Below, in pieces: positions 1 to 13,575 of a stretch of 64,000 nucleotides of DNA. A model generated the notes under the pieces. The model was not told the DNA's origin, did not search any database, and saw nothing but the letters and a program-made list of their open reading frames with translations. The position numbers and the translations under genes are program-made. The stretch comes from Lobosporangium transversale (Eukaryota): the NCBI RefSeq assembly GCF_002105155.1, contig NW_019028997.1, positions 124,001 through 188,000 on the forward strand. The letters are read 5' to 3'. The stretch's first letter is position 1. Each line of letters opens with the position of its first letter.

Positions 1-2148
1 CCTGATGGGTTTGTGTTAATTGAGGCCTATAGGAGGATAGTATGTCGTTTGAGTACGAGCACAAATTAGGAAAACACAAGGGTTACATCTGAATTATTGG
101 TCATTGTCCATTGTTTTACCTAAATAAAAAACCCATAATAACGAGTTGCATCACCACTGACACTACCATCCAGAAAAGAAATCGCGCTGTCCAGCCCGGC
201 ATTTTAGCACATATGGACTTAGTGCAGCTTGCAGCTTGCGTCGCATATCTTTCTCTCGTATCCACAGGATGAGGATGATTTAATGGAAACGCAAGCGAAC
301 TCCGCATATTAGGGCCTCGGTATTCAGATTCCACACTGGATCGACTCTCTGCTGTGGGGGACGTGCTATTAGCGCGTTGGGTGCCCCTAAAAGCTTCAAC
401 AGCCTTTCCACCAGGTAAGCGCATCACGTCACCATTACGATGGGACTCTTCGCTTTCGGAGCTCTCTTTGCTTTTCGATAGACGTCGTGTATTGTGTCTC
501 CATGATGGAGATTGATATGTATGCCGTGATCTGCGAGCATAGTTACGATGAGCACGATGTGGATAGAGCGTATTCTCCTGTTCCTGATGGTGATGTGAAT
601 CCGATCTCTCCATTATCCAATGCCGGAGCTGCTGTGATTCAAACTAAATAATGTTCAGATGAAAGTATTAGTAAGATGACTCCAGTGACATTCTCTTCAG
701 AGATTTGTAGACGAATATAAATATGAGGTTATGACAGTTATTACTTTGGACTGTTCGAGCTCTTTTCGTATAGACTTGACCTCTTGGCTAATGTCTTGGA
801 GCTTTAGTGGCTGAGTTGATTCGACTTCTCTTCCTGTAGTCATGTTTTCCGAGCTCGAAAGGCTTGAATATGATTTCCTACAGTCCAGCCGTTGCATCTC
901 AGGCTGCTGTGTGCTCTTTTGTCTAGGCAGCGCAGAGTTGCTGCTGCTATACCCTGTGGACGATTCGGCTGATCTCTCTTCAGTGCTTTGTGTCTCCCAT
1001 GGCGAAGTACCTTGTGTTCCCAAGGAGTCTTCGAGTTCGCTCTCATTCGCTCCTGGATCATGTACATTCATCCGCTCTTTACATGTAGTAATTTCTTCCG
1101 CAGGGTCATCTTGAGGGCCACTTTCGATAGCCGTTGGGAGATTGCTCACTCCTGTAGATCCTTGTCGCTTTAACGGGTTTTGCTTTGGATTGGGGACTCT
1201 GAGGGTCCGTATTCTTCGCTCGAGTCTCTCCGCAGCAATAGGCTTTTTTATCTGATTCATCTCTACTTGATCTTCCGCTAGGATTTTAGAAGACACTAGT
1301 TTTGAACGCTGAAGTTGTGTAATGACTGGAGATGTAGTCGTGTCAGTGCTTAGAAGTGTGGAGTCTCGCCTGGCAAACTGAGCATTTTTCTGTGATCTTC
1401 TACTGTTATCGTCTTCATCTCCAGATGCTGCTCGTTCGAGCTCCGATAGTCTTCTTTCTCCCTCTCCGGTAGTAGTATGCTTGGTGTTTTGATTATGGTC
1501 TGCTCCTTTAAGATGGAGTTTCTTGTTGATGGAAGAGTGTGTAGAACTATAATCAAAGGTATACTGTCCCGAATCGCTGGAATCCCTCATCTCATGTATG
1601 CGGTTATGCTGTTGGTCTGTAGTGGACTGTAACTCATAGAGGGACTCATATCGTCTTGTATTCGAGCTGGAGTTTTTATGTTTAATAAGGCAAGTAATAG
1701 GATGATTTTGCCGTAAGTCTATACTCGAAAATCCAGTAGTCTTTTCTTTACTTTCAACGTCCTGATATCGAGCTAAACTTGGGATATGTGATCTACTTCC
1801 ACCCTGCTGATATACGTAAAGTTTACGATCTGCAACTGATTGAGATTCATCTTGAGTTAGCTCCCAGTTGATTTTACTCGCAGGAATGTGCACGACTGAG
1901 CTTTCTTTGTTGTAATCATTTTGCTGTAGGATGAGATTAGTTGCAGTGGCAGTACTGTAACTTCTTTCAAGTGTCTGTTGAGGCTGTTGTATATCCCGCC
2001 TGTTCAAGTCATATGGAATGGTTTGTAAGCTAGTATTTGATCTTGTGCGAGAAGATTTGAGGTCAAACTCGGCTTTATGCTCGCTATTTTTGCGTAAGGC
2101 CGATTGAATCTGGCGCCGAATGGACACTTTTCGATGTTCCCAGGCCTC
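1..2148 (-). CDS. Hypothetical protein: long S/T/Q/E-rich disordered region followed by one predicted TM helix; continues beyond window start, first exon not located
   Basis: ORFs 697-2127 and 116-613 are joined by a short intron. Hydrophobic stretch FLFWMVVSVVMQLVIMGFLF, then a GT donor at ~119 and an AG acceptor near 28. Acceptor-like TACAG at ~2149. Confidence 0.55.
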
Positions 2149-2389
2149 TGTAGAGTATGGTTAATATCTGCACGCTTGTGTTGGAGCAGGCAAAAAAGTT
2201 AACGGTGACAAGTGAATTGTGGTTGTGTATTTGAAAGGGCGATTAAAATGTAAAAAACAAGCTCTTGTGACTGCTGAGACATTCCCTGGACACACCCATG
2301 ATTTTAGACTTCAAATTGATTTTCATGTGCTGTATATATGTAGTCTACATAATCTATGTGAAGGTTTATTTATTTGTCTTGTAAAGTTC

Positions 2390-3515
2390 CTAATAATCAT
2401 CACTTTCATACTCGTCATCATCACTAAGAGCCGCTGTTGCTGAGCTTCGGATTGATGATTGTTTGGTCTAACAATTTCATAACAGAAGTAACATTTCATT
2501 ATATTAATCTTTTGTATGTTCTCTAAAAAAAGAAAAAAAAGATGCATGGGATAGCTTTTTAATACCTCTTCTGATGCTTTCGATTGTGATTCTGGCTTTT
2601 TGATAGCGCCAACACGACGGAGATATGCCTCAATATCTATTGATCAAATTACAACATGTAGAAGAATAAGTAGCGATCCAACGTTATTGCTGTTTCCTTT
2701 GATAAAACAACTGATACTAACAAAGACATACCTGAAGGCTTCATGTTCAAACCTCCAAGTTGTGAGGCTCCAACAAGCTGTGCCTTGACATCTCCCTCTC
2801 CATAGATTAATAGCGTTGGAAGATTACGGTCAGGGTAGTTGGGGATACATTGATCACCAATGATTTTGACAAACTTGGTTGACTTATTCCTTGCTGCTAC
2901 TGTCGCCAGGTGTGCACTCATTAACTTGCAGATTGGCAAACTAATTGTTCATCAATTTTAAAGGCCATTTAGTTTAATATTCATCAAGCTCACTGCGATT
3001 TTTTCTTTACCCAACACACGAATAACTTACGAATCTTTGTAGAGATAGGCTACAACCCACACATCTTTGCTTGCTTCAGAAACTTCACGGACAAAATCTG
3101 TCTTATAAATATGCTGGATCTCACCAAACTTATCTTCTGACAATTCTTGTTTGATTGCATTCAATCGTTGTTGTCTACCCATTGAAAGTTGTTTAGAAGT
3201 AAAAATAAGTCAAGGTCATATCTCGGGCTGGAAAAAGACAAAAAAGAGAAATCAATGTCAATTTGGTCAGTTTGACCATAGACTTTACCTGTACTCCATT
3301 AGCATGCGCTCCTCTTCCTCATTGTTTTCATCTAAGAGCTCATCAAGCTCATCTACAGTTTTTTCTTCATAATTCCTGGCATTACGCTTAGCGATAGCCT
3401 CGTCCATCATGTCAATGATGTCAGCCTCTGTTATTTGATTCTCCTTTTGAGGAATGATACCCTTGGCGCGCAAGATATCGTTCCATTCCGTGTCTTCCTC
3501 GTGGTTGTTAGCCAT
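2390..3515 (-). CDS. PLP2: Phosducin-like protein (Plp2/PDCL3 family, thioredoxin-like fold, CCT co-chaperone), 5 exons
   Basis: Motifs EDTEWNDILRAKGIIP and CIPNYPDRNLPTLLIY. Spliced model ends ...AALSDDDEYESDDY* at 2390. Confidence 0.9.
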
Positions 3516-3865
3516 AATTACTTGATATTAAATTGAAAATTGAGTTGATTGTCGAGGTAGGGAAATAAAAAAGGGCAGCGGTGAAAGGTGAAAGATGAAT
3601 GAAAAGCGAATGTCTAAAAGCCTTTCTTTTTAAGAGGAGGCGCGGATCAGTTGTCCTTTACTGAAAGCGACACGCAGAATTGTAAAACAGGGAGCCTAAA
3701 TGCTTTGAGGTTTATTTTAAGCTCTTTTCATGTTTAGAGCAAAAAAAAAAGAGTTCCGTTCACTAGACCATTCCTTTAAATCTCTCCTGTTGTAGGTTAA
3801 ACTGCGATGCTATACTCGTGCATCTCATGCTATTCCATGCATTACCTGAAAGGCGTAAAAGTGGG

Positions 3866-3911
<46 letters not shown>

Positions 3912-4319
3912 AATAATGCTAAGAAAAAGGGGCAATGAGTTTAAAAAAAACATTGAAGGACCATTCCGGAGAAAGGGGTATATCCTTTTTTGCGTCGACA
4001 ATGCCATCAATAACCACTCTCCTATTCCTCATGGGAATGTAGTTGCAAATGTAATATAAATGTCTTTGTGTGTATTTATATTTTAAAAAGGATAGAAGGG
4101 CAGGGAGAGAAAGGAAGCGAGATCTAGTTTTATTTGTTTTGATCAAATTGGTAATCTTAATGCGGGTTTGTCCGCGTGGCATACATGAGGAAGATCAGGA
4201 GACATTAAGTTGTAGCATGTTTCTTGAGAATACATCCATCTGTCTCCATTTTGTTCATTTTGTGTTGTGGATGTTTTTTTTTTTTTTTTTTTTTTTTTGG
4301 CCACCATTTCCTACTCTTT

Positions 4320-4351
<32 letters not shown>

Positions 4352-4487
4352 TTTTTTTTCTTTTATTCCATCACTCTCCTTTTCTTTCTTTCCTTTCTTC
4401 ACATCCTAGTTCTACAATCCGATTCTCCTTCTCTCGTATTCATTCCTACTCTCTCTCTCTCTCACTTGCTGAGTTGCATCGTCAGCC

Positions 4488-7400
4488 ATGGCCCCAAAGA
4501 CCCCACAGGCCAACTCTAAGCTGCCAAAACCGCCCTCGGCAGGTGGACATGCATCATTAACCGGCATCCCTGCCCCTGGCAGTGTCTTACAGCGCCGCTC
4601 CTTCATGCCTAGCCCTAATGGAGCTTCAGTGTCCAAGACTCTCAAGGACATGTCTCCAGAGCAGCAGGCCCTTCTTGCAGAAGCTATCACGTTTCATAGT
4701 CCTGGATTGATTGATCCTGTCCGCAAAACTACTCCAACTACTTCGCCAGCAGTTGCGCCTGCCAATACCACCAGAACATCAATTGGATCAAGTCTATCAG
4801 GATCAGGAGCCCATCCAGGAGGAGCAGATTACTCAACTACGTCTCACATCACAGGATTTGGCTTTACTACTCATCACAGCCAACGACCCAACAGTCCCGC
4901 AAGTAGTTCTGATAGAGCGTCTCCCACAGCCCAACCTTCATCCACGACGCAAAGGTTGCCTTCATCACAGATCAGTCGGCTTGGCAGCTCTACGCGCCTT
5001 AGCATGCAGTCAGAAGCAAATAATAGCAACATCCATCATGGTTCGCAGAGTACTTCCAACACAAGTCGTCCTGTCTCCTATTCTGGAATGCCCCCGTTGT
5101 CCATTTCGCATCCTAATCTTTCCACCATATCATCTACGCCTTCTCCCACCACTCCTGTCGGAATAACACGCCCGGGCTCAGGATCACCCGCAGGGTCACG
5201 TTCAACATTGCAGGCCTCACGTCTTTCTGCTGGGCCGGGGATTACTCCACCAGCCTTTAGTCAGGCTGCAGCAGGTACGCGAACCTCCATGATGAAATCT
5301 CTACCCCATCGACCACCAGGAGCCTCTACTGCAGCGTCTACTGGAGTGACGCCGGGAAACAATCCAGTCGCAACCATCCCAGAATCATCTGCAATCGTGC
5401 CTCCATCGCTCGATGACTATGAGATTGGTGACCGTGTTATTGTAGAAAGCATGGGACTCTCAGGATACTTGCGCTTCTTGGGTCCAACCAGTTTCAAGTC
5501 GGGTACTTGGGCAGGAATTGAGCTCGATACACCCACAGGCAAAAACGATGGAAGTGTCGAAGGGTGAGTTAAATGTTTGCTGTTTCCTTATTCACCAACA
5601 ACTTGAAAGACTTACATGCCGCAATCAATGCTGAAAGGTGAGATTGTGTGTCTATACGCTTCGTTCATCATCATCTTACAGACTATGATATACTTTTTTT
5701 CTTTCTCTTTTCTTTTATATTCTGATTATACTGGATGAAACGCACCTTCAGTGTTGTTTATTTCCACTGCCGTCCAAAATGCGGGATTTTTGTACTGGCA
5801 GCCAAGATCGCGAAATCAGAGCTAATATTTCCTCCTTCGCTTGATACCACAACTCCAATTCATCCTGTATCTGGCCAGGAAGAGGAGGCTTCATTACCAC
5901 CAACATCATCTGTCAATCATGCCGCACAGGCAGTATCCAAGATCTCTGCTGGCTCTAGGGCATCAAAATATATCGGTATGACCGCCAGCCAGCTGAAACA
6001 GCGCAATGATGTACCTCAACCAAATGCCTCACGTCTCTCCTACTCAGGACCAACACAGGCACAAATACAAACACAAGCACAAGCACAAGCCTCTGGGCCA
6101 TCTTTTGGAGCATCTAGTCCAACTATACGTGCTCTAAGCGGTATGGCTGGATCTCCCACGTCCTCCAGAACAATTTCGCAAAGCGCGGCTAACGCACGAG
6201 CCAACTCCCCCTCGCCTGTTCCAAAGCTTCGATCATCGTCGCCTACAGCCCGCGTCGCCGCTGCTGGCTCACGTCTGTCGCAGCCGTCAGGAAAGCCAAC
6301 CTTGGCCGCACTCAATGCTAAATCTACTACTACACATTCCCGCTCGCCCTCTTCAGCATCCTCTGTCACATCACAGTCGAGCACCAACGGTGCAAAAGCC
6401 AGAGCGTCGCCCACTCCACGAACTGTTTCAACGTCTAGAGGTCTCTCTTCACGTTCGGGGACGCCAGATCCAGGTGTCTTTTTGTCTCCAAGCGAAAGCC
6501 GATCCAGCCTTTTGGACCAAGCAACAGCTATTCAGACCATAGATTCACCTGCGGACGACGTTTCTCTCCAGCTGCAGCAGCTCCAGCTTGATTTTAAAAC
6601 CGCCATGGCTGAGAATAACCAGTTAAAGTCAGAAATGAATGAAGCCAAGTTACGTCTAGAGACCACTAAACTGTTAGAGAAGAAGGATCTCTCATACGAG
6701 GAACGTGTGTTTTTGAGCAAGACTCTGGGCCGCGAGGGGATCGAAGAGCATCTTGCTAAAGAACTAGAGGATCTCCATGCCATGAAGTCCACATGGGATA
6801 AGGAGAAGACTGCTAAAGATCAAGAGCTTAAAGTCGTCACTGACAAGATGACACAGGCATGGTTGGAAGCTGCTCGCTCTCAAAAGGAGAGGACAGCTCT
6901 CATCCAAGAAAAGACGGAGCTTATGGAGAAGATCAAGCAAATGGAAGAGAATGGTACTGATGGCACTACCACCGAGAATGTCTCGATCAATCAAGAACAG
7001 CAAATTCTGATTGAATCGCTCCAAAAGAGTCTACAAGAAGCAGACGAGAAAGCAGCTACACTCGAAGCTAAACTGGCCGATATTATGACGAGAAGTGCCG
7101 AAGAAGAGCAGAGGCTCAACCAGGCCAATGAAGAGAACATGGCCGCTAGCGCAGCTAAATACCTGGAACTTGAGCACGAGCGGGACAGTCTTCAGGCTAA
7201 GGTGCTTGAACTAGAGAGAGCGTCACAGACCGTATTGGAAGAGACCAAGTCCAAGCTCATTACAGTGCAGGATGAGGCCGATGCAACCAGAGCTCAATTG
7301 ATCGAGACACAATCTAAACAGGAGAAAGAGGCTGAGGTTCATCGTCAAGCTGAAGCCGAAGCTGAAATCAAGCTCAAGTCAATACAGGTGGAGCTACAAG

Positions 7401-9387
7401 AGTCGCAAGAGTCGCTTATCAAGAGCGAGAAACTTACCCGGGCACTTGAAGAGAAGATAAAAGCACATGAGGCCTCGATTATGAAACGTGACCAAGATAT
7501 TGCCGACCTCAAGTTGGAATTGCAGAATATTGGAGATATGATACAGAGTGAAGAAGTTGACCGTATGCGCAAAGTTTGGGAACTTGAAAAGAAGCGTCTA
7601 GAAGAGACTGTTGCTGACAACATCACTCTGCTGACATCATTGAGAGATGACATTCAAACTCTGGAGACAAAGGAGGAAGAGTATCTTACCAAGATCAAAG
7701 CATTAGAGGCTAACGAGACAGCGTTGAAGGCGCTCAAGGCAATTGCAGAATCTGAAACTGAAAAGCTTCAGCAGCGCCTCAAGGATGCAGAAAATGCATT
7801 TGTTCAGGAACGATCGACCTTGGAGGCTAAGGTTGCTGAATCTGCGGCCATGTTGGAAATCCGTCTGTCGGAGACGAAGGAGAAAATGGAGGAATTAGAG
7901 GCCATTGCTCTGACCGTGGAGGAATGGAGGGAACGATGTGAAGCTATGCAATTGGAGATGATCCAGAAGGCTGCTATGATCGAAGATCTTAGTTTGAAGC
8001 TGGCTGATTCACAAGCAGATCGAGAGACACTGAGGAAGCAGATTGAAGATTTTAAGAAGGAATACGAAAGTAAGGCATCTGCTGACCGAATCAGTGCTAT
8101 GGAGAGCTCAAGAGCAGAAATCTCTGCTCTAGAAGAGGAGCGCGAACAACTCCTGAACAAAGTCTCTGAGCTTGAAGCAGCTTTAGCCCTGTCAGCGTCT
8201 GCTCCGAGAGTAGCTTCTTCAAGCGTTCCAGATTCGGAAGTTGTCCTAAACAGGGCTGAGCTAGAGGAAGAAATAGCTGCATTGAAGCAAATGGTCCATG
8301 AACTAACTGCTGAGAATGCGGCTGTGGCAAGTGATAATAAGAAACTAATGCAGGAACATGACATCCTCATGGAAGCTCATAAGCATGTCGAAACAGAGTG
8401 TTTGAAGCTCATGGATGAAGTCGAACGTCTTCACTCTGAAAGTTTGGCAATGACATCTATCGGGGAGGCAGAAGGAATTGACAAGACAGGATTGGATTTG
8501 ATGCAACAAACACAAGTAAATCTACCATTGATTGGTCAAGAAGAACTCAAGGCAGCTTTGAGCAATGCCGCAATCCTCAGCAAAGACACGACAACCACAC
8601 CGTCAGAGAAGCAATCGGTACAGAACCAGTCCGCATCTGTAATTCGACTGGAGAATTTGCTTAAGGACAAACAAGCGATGCTGGATAGATTGACACAAGC
8701 CCATGCTTTAGAGATGAGAGATATGCGACAGCGATATGTTGAGTTGGACCGTACAAAATCATATGAGATCAGCCAGCTGAATAAGGAATTAACTGATCTA
8801 GAATCACTGGTCGAGAGTAAGATCTTCCACCAAGCAGATCTTGAGGAGGAGGTGGAGAACAAACAGAAGCAAATTGATCGTCTCCAGAAGGAAGTTGCAG
8901 ATTTGAAATCTCAGTTGGCCAAACTTACAAATGGAACTCATGGGTCAGCGCCTATCTTGCCTACAAACGGTCTCACATCCTCTTATAGCGCCCATTCAGG
9001 ATTGAATGGCGCAACGAAATCGTCATTCTCAAATGATAAGGCAAGGACAGCCGCTGAAAGCACAGATAAGATACTGTTCTGTGAAATTTGTGAAGTTGAG
9101 GGACATGACTTGATCAGCTGTACAGCAGTGTTTGGAGGAGGCAAGCCCAAAGCGCCATCGACACTATTCTCCAATGCAGATTTGGAAGACGATAGACCTG
9201 TAAGTGGGACATAGTGTTATACCGAATCTATTTTGTAATTATGAAATTTGAATTGATAGGCGTTTTCAGATGTATTGACGATATACCCTATTATATCATT
9301 GTAGTACTGCGACAACTGTGAAGAATATGGACAGCATTATACGGATGAGTGCCCTAATGAGTCATTGACGTAAGCAGCGATGCTTCA

Positions 9388-9446
<59 letters not shown>

Positions 9447-9522
9447 TGTTCTGTTCATCTCTTGATGCTTACCTTTTTTTTTATTTTTATTTTTATTTTT
9501 TGCATGATTTCATAGGTACTAA
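4488..9522 (+). CDS. CLIP-170/Bik1/Tip1-like microtubule plus-end protein (CAP-Gly domain, long coiled coil, two C-terminal zinc knuckles); exons 4488-5563, 5752-9199, 9305-9369, 9516-9522
   Basis: CAP-Gly motif WAGIELDTPTGKNDGSVEG. Extended coiled coil. Knuckles FCEICEVEGHDLISC and YCDNCEEYGQHYTDEC. Confidence 0.85.
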
Positions 9523-10395
9523 TTACCTCGATGACTGAAATTTATTCGTGGATGACATTTCTTTTCAGCTGTGGAGAGGATCAACTTGGATTGACAGCAG
9601 CATCGCAAGTTCTGTTCATCTATCATTTCAGCCTACATTTGTTCGTGGAACAACGACTGTACATACTCTCTTTCACTTCATTTTTTAATACTTTCAGTCT
9701 AAGGACTCTTTTCTTTCTGGTTGTTTGTATTTTTTTTTTTCCCTTTCCAAATTGGTTGTTTTTTATTATTATTACTATTATTATTTTACCTGTTTTTATA
9801 GCCTGCCTGTGTTTCTATACCATGAAATGCCATTCGCATGTCAAATATTCTAAAATTCACTTCTGTTTTGTCTATTGAAAACCGTGTCGTATGGGCCAAA
9901 TACCACTTGACGTTAAATGGAATATTCATAGTTGCCCTCCGATTCGTTCTCATAGAGGTGGTTGTGGTACTTCATGGTGTATCTAGATTGAAGCAGTGGA
10001 TTATTAAACATTTCAATAATTTAGGAGAAAGAGAAACAAACTACGTTTTGTCCAAAACGCTCTTTCACATTTTTCCTTCACGACATGTTCACACCTTGTA
10101 CACTAGACCACGTTGATGAATAAAAATAAATGCTTTTGTTTTGGATCTGATTAGCGGCCCTCCAAACTCTACTTCATTTCCTGGATGAAAAAAAAAAAAC
10201 ACTCTTCTTTCTACCATATGGATCTTCAGTCATAAAACGCAGAGAATACAATACTTAAGAAATACATTTTATATATTAGCGGTACATAATTATGTCTAGA
10301 TATTACTATAAATTAAGAATTACATTATATGGTATCTCCGGGTATCCAAAATAAAGAGAGAAAGACCTGTCCGACGTAATGCTGTCTCGGTGATG

Positions 10396-12455
10396 CTAGT
10401 GAGCGAGGATTTTGCTGTGTAGTGATCTAAGGATACTGTGGCCAAGACCATGAACATATTGACTCGAATGCATGTATCGCTCATCGTTGTACTTCTTGAA
10501 CAGGGCTTGATGTGTCTGAGTAGGCTGCTCCAGCATGACGAGTAGCATATTGATACCAGTAGCTAGCATGGGCTCAGTATATCCGGAATAGTGAACATGC
10601 TGTGCTGTCCATTCTCCACGGAATAATAGTCGCATGGAAGCGCAATAGCCTACAGCAGCAATCATACTCGATGGGAATCCAATAAAACGATGATCGCACA
10701 AAGTTACATCGATAAGGTATTTAGCAAGTGTACGAATGTCAACATCGTAATTGTCCGCACGAGAGATTCTCCGCAAGAAGCTCATTGGCCCGGGAGCTCC
10801 CATGTCATAGTTGAGCGCCTTGAGCATCCCAATTTCTGCTTCACGTATCCTCGCTGGCGCGTGGACATCTCCACCCAAGTGGGACAATACCTCAATGGCA
10901 GGTGATTGAATCTCCTCATATTTGGAGGCCAGCAGTAAGGCAACTGTACCAGCCAGCTGAAGTTGGTCGACAGGAATGACAACTCGGGATAAAAAGCGAT
11001 CCAGGTAGTTCACACAGAGATGCATGGTTTCCTGTAGCAGATCGAAACGATCATGAACTTGAATAATCCAATCAATCAGCTGAACTCTATAATTCCAGCT
11101 TAGATCATGTTGTCTACTCATGTAATTCGGATCAGGAAGATGGATTATCTATGTCCATTTTTTTAGTGGCAATACTTAGTTAAATGGCACTTTCTAGCTC
11201 GTAAAAGATAAACCAAGCATGTACAGCATGTGTTTGTTATTAGCCCATACCTCTAATTCCTTCTTGTAAGCAAATATCTCGGCCTGGTATTCTGTAACTA
11301 GAGTTGGATCCGTATCAAAGTCATCTTGGCTGGACCAAATATCAGCGTCAGTGTCCATCAGCGACGTGAGGCACTCGTGGTCGCTTTTAGAATCAATATG
11401 CATATTCGCATCGTGGAAAGGCTGCGAGTCAAACATTGAGCCAACAGGAATAGTTGGACCTTGGTGCATCTTGACCATACTCGTGGTAGGCACAAGCCGG
11501 CGAGTAGTCTGTGAATTAGCTCGATTTAAAGTGGGGATTTGCGTGCGGCGTCGCTGAGTGGCACTCATTTTGGGAGCGGCTGGTGCAATGGTTTTGAAGC
11601 TTGAATTGCGCTTGATGGTCTGGACACCTGAATGCATTGAAATGGTAGGTTCAGGTACGGCAGACTTTGTGGAACGCTTGTCGAATACGCTAGTAGTGAT
11701 GGAAGACTTCTTGAGGTTGGTAATATTTGTTTTTATGAAGCCGAATCGTGAAGCTCCTTGAGATCCCGATGAAAACAATGAATTGGCTTGTCTCTTCATC
11801 TGCTCGGTAGTTGAGGCGGACGGAACTCTTGTTAGGGCTGGCACGACTCTAGGTACGGATAGAGCTGGTAGCATTGACTGAAGACGTGTATGTGCTGCAT
11901 GAGGTCTCAGAGTTGCTGTCTCTGAAGGATCCACACACACAGCCATAGCTTTTAACTTTCCACTCAACTCTGTAAATTCATGATTCGGTTGCTGCTATTT
12001 TCGAAACATTTTCAAGTTACAAGACAATCATTGTAAGCACAGAGGAACAAAACACCACACAAAGCATTCACCAGAATTGTGAAAGAAATAAAGGATATGC
12101 AGATTATGCAGAGGTTTTGTCTCATTACCTTTTTGGTGTTAGTGTTGGTGTTGGTGTTGGTGACCTCTCTTAGGACAAGGTCCGTCTGGATCATGGAAGA
12201 GTCCTTGGATGACTGTATACCATAGGCTCTTGCATCCATGCCCGCACTGGGCACCGAAACACGTTTCTGAAGTGGTAGCCGTGACTTTTGGAGGCGATTT
12301 GAGACAATTGAAACATTGTTGCTATTCTCGTCCTGAAATTTGACACGTGGTATCATGGATGCCCTTGTCAGCTGTGCTGACGTTGAGCTGTCCCGGAAAT
12401 GGTGCAAATGATCTTTCTCCTGGAGAGGATTCATTGGAATAATGTGAGAAGTCAT
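10396..12455 (-). CDS. B-type cyclin, 3 exons
   Basis: DPTLVTEYQAEIF, cyclin box LIDWIIQVHDRFDLLQETMHLCVNYLDRFLS, LASKYEEI, PGPMSFLRRISRADNYD. Exons about 12455-12129, 11994-11251, 11148-10396. Confidence 0.9.
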
Positions 12456-13575
12456 TGCTCTTTTTTTTTTTCTTTTATCCGTAAAAGTTGACTATTGGCA
12501 TAATATTATTAAATAGTAAGCTGGGCTCCAAACCGATAAACGAAAAAAAGCGTTAGGAATGCGAAAGTTGATGGAGAAGAATGAAGATTTGAATGAAAGA
12601 AGAATAGGACAAAGTCTTGATCAACCAAGAAAAAAATAAATGGCCATAGGAAGAACATGAAAAGATGGGAAGTAATTCTCAGGTACGAGCAACACTGTCG
12701 CATAGCGCTTGAATTGCTTGAATTGCCGAACTCTCGCGGGAAGTTCATTGTTTTTGCATGAATACATTCCAGTGTTTCATACCAGAACACTAAATAGCAC
12801 ACTGTAAACCTTTATTCTTGATTGTGATGCAAATATGCATCTATTCCACGCGTATGAGGATCCACGTGCTTGTACTTGGAAGCAGGGCAACAGGAATATG
12901 ATTATGAGGTGGGAAGGGGAATTTTGTCTGCGATATTCATTATATTTGTCAAAGAACAATGGTAGCAGCTTAACTTCAATATTGTATCCAAGATCTACTG
13001 GTGCTGTTTTTTTTGTTCAATACTTATACCATGGTTTGTATATCACACGCTGCTTCATGGAATTAATGTACCGTGCCTCATTCTTCCAAACTAGATCATC
13101 TACGTATACTCTTTTTTATCCCGTCTATAGTACAGACATTTCTGCATCTATAGATTCTTACCGCATGCAGCAGCCTTATGCATATTTGCTTGACCTTGCC
13201 CTCTATAATAGAGAGCCCCTTAAAAGGCTAGTCGTCGGTTAGACTGTAATATCTTTTAGAGAGGTCTTATACTCCATGAACCCATGTGAGTTTTTTGAAT
13301 CAGCTCAGCAAGACTGGTGGCGCAGAGACAAACTAGTGCACCGCAGCACATGCAGAGAGCCCATGTCGTGGCAATGAAAGTCAAGGAAAAGAAAAATGAA
13401 GAATATAAATAAAAGCAATAAAGAGTTTTCTTCCTTTCTTTCTTCTGCTTCTTATTTTTCTATCCACTCATTTCTCCATCACCTTCATTAAGCTTGTACC
13501 CCTCCATCATTCTCCTTCATTACCGTTGTCTTTCTTTCCTCGTCTCATACTTACTCCATTGACAAAAAGCTCGTT

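Noticed and set aside
116..260. Assigning the first gene as a SUN-domain nuclear-envelope protein
   Set aside because: Only the disordered-plus-TM layout is visible. Any diagnostic domain would lie outside the window.
3825..4560. Phe-rich ORFs (also 38124-38531 and 56529-56992)
   Set aside because: Translations of poly(T), microsatellite and CT-rich UTR sequence.
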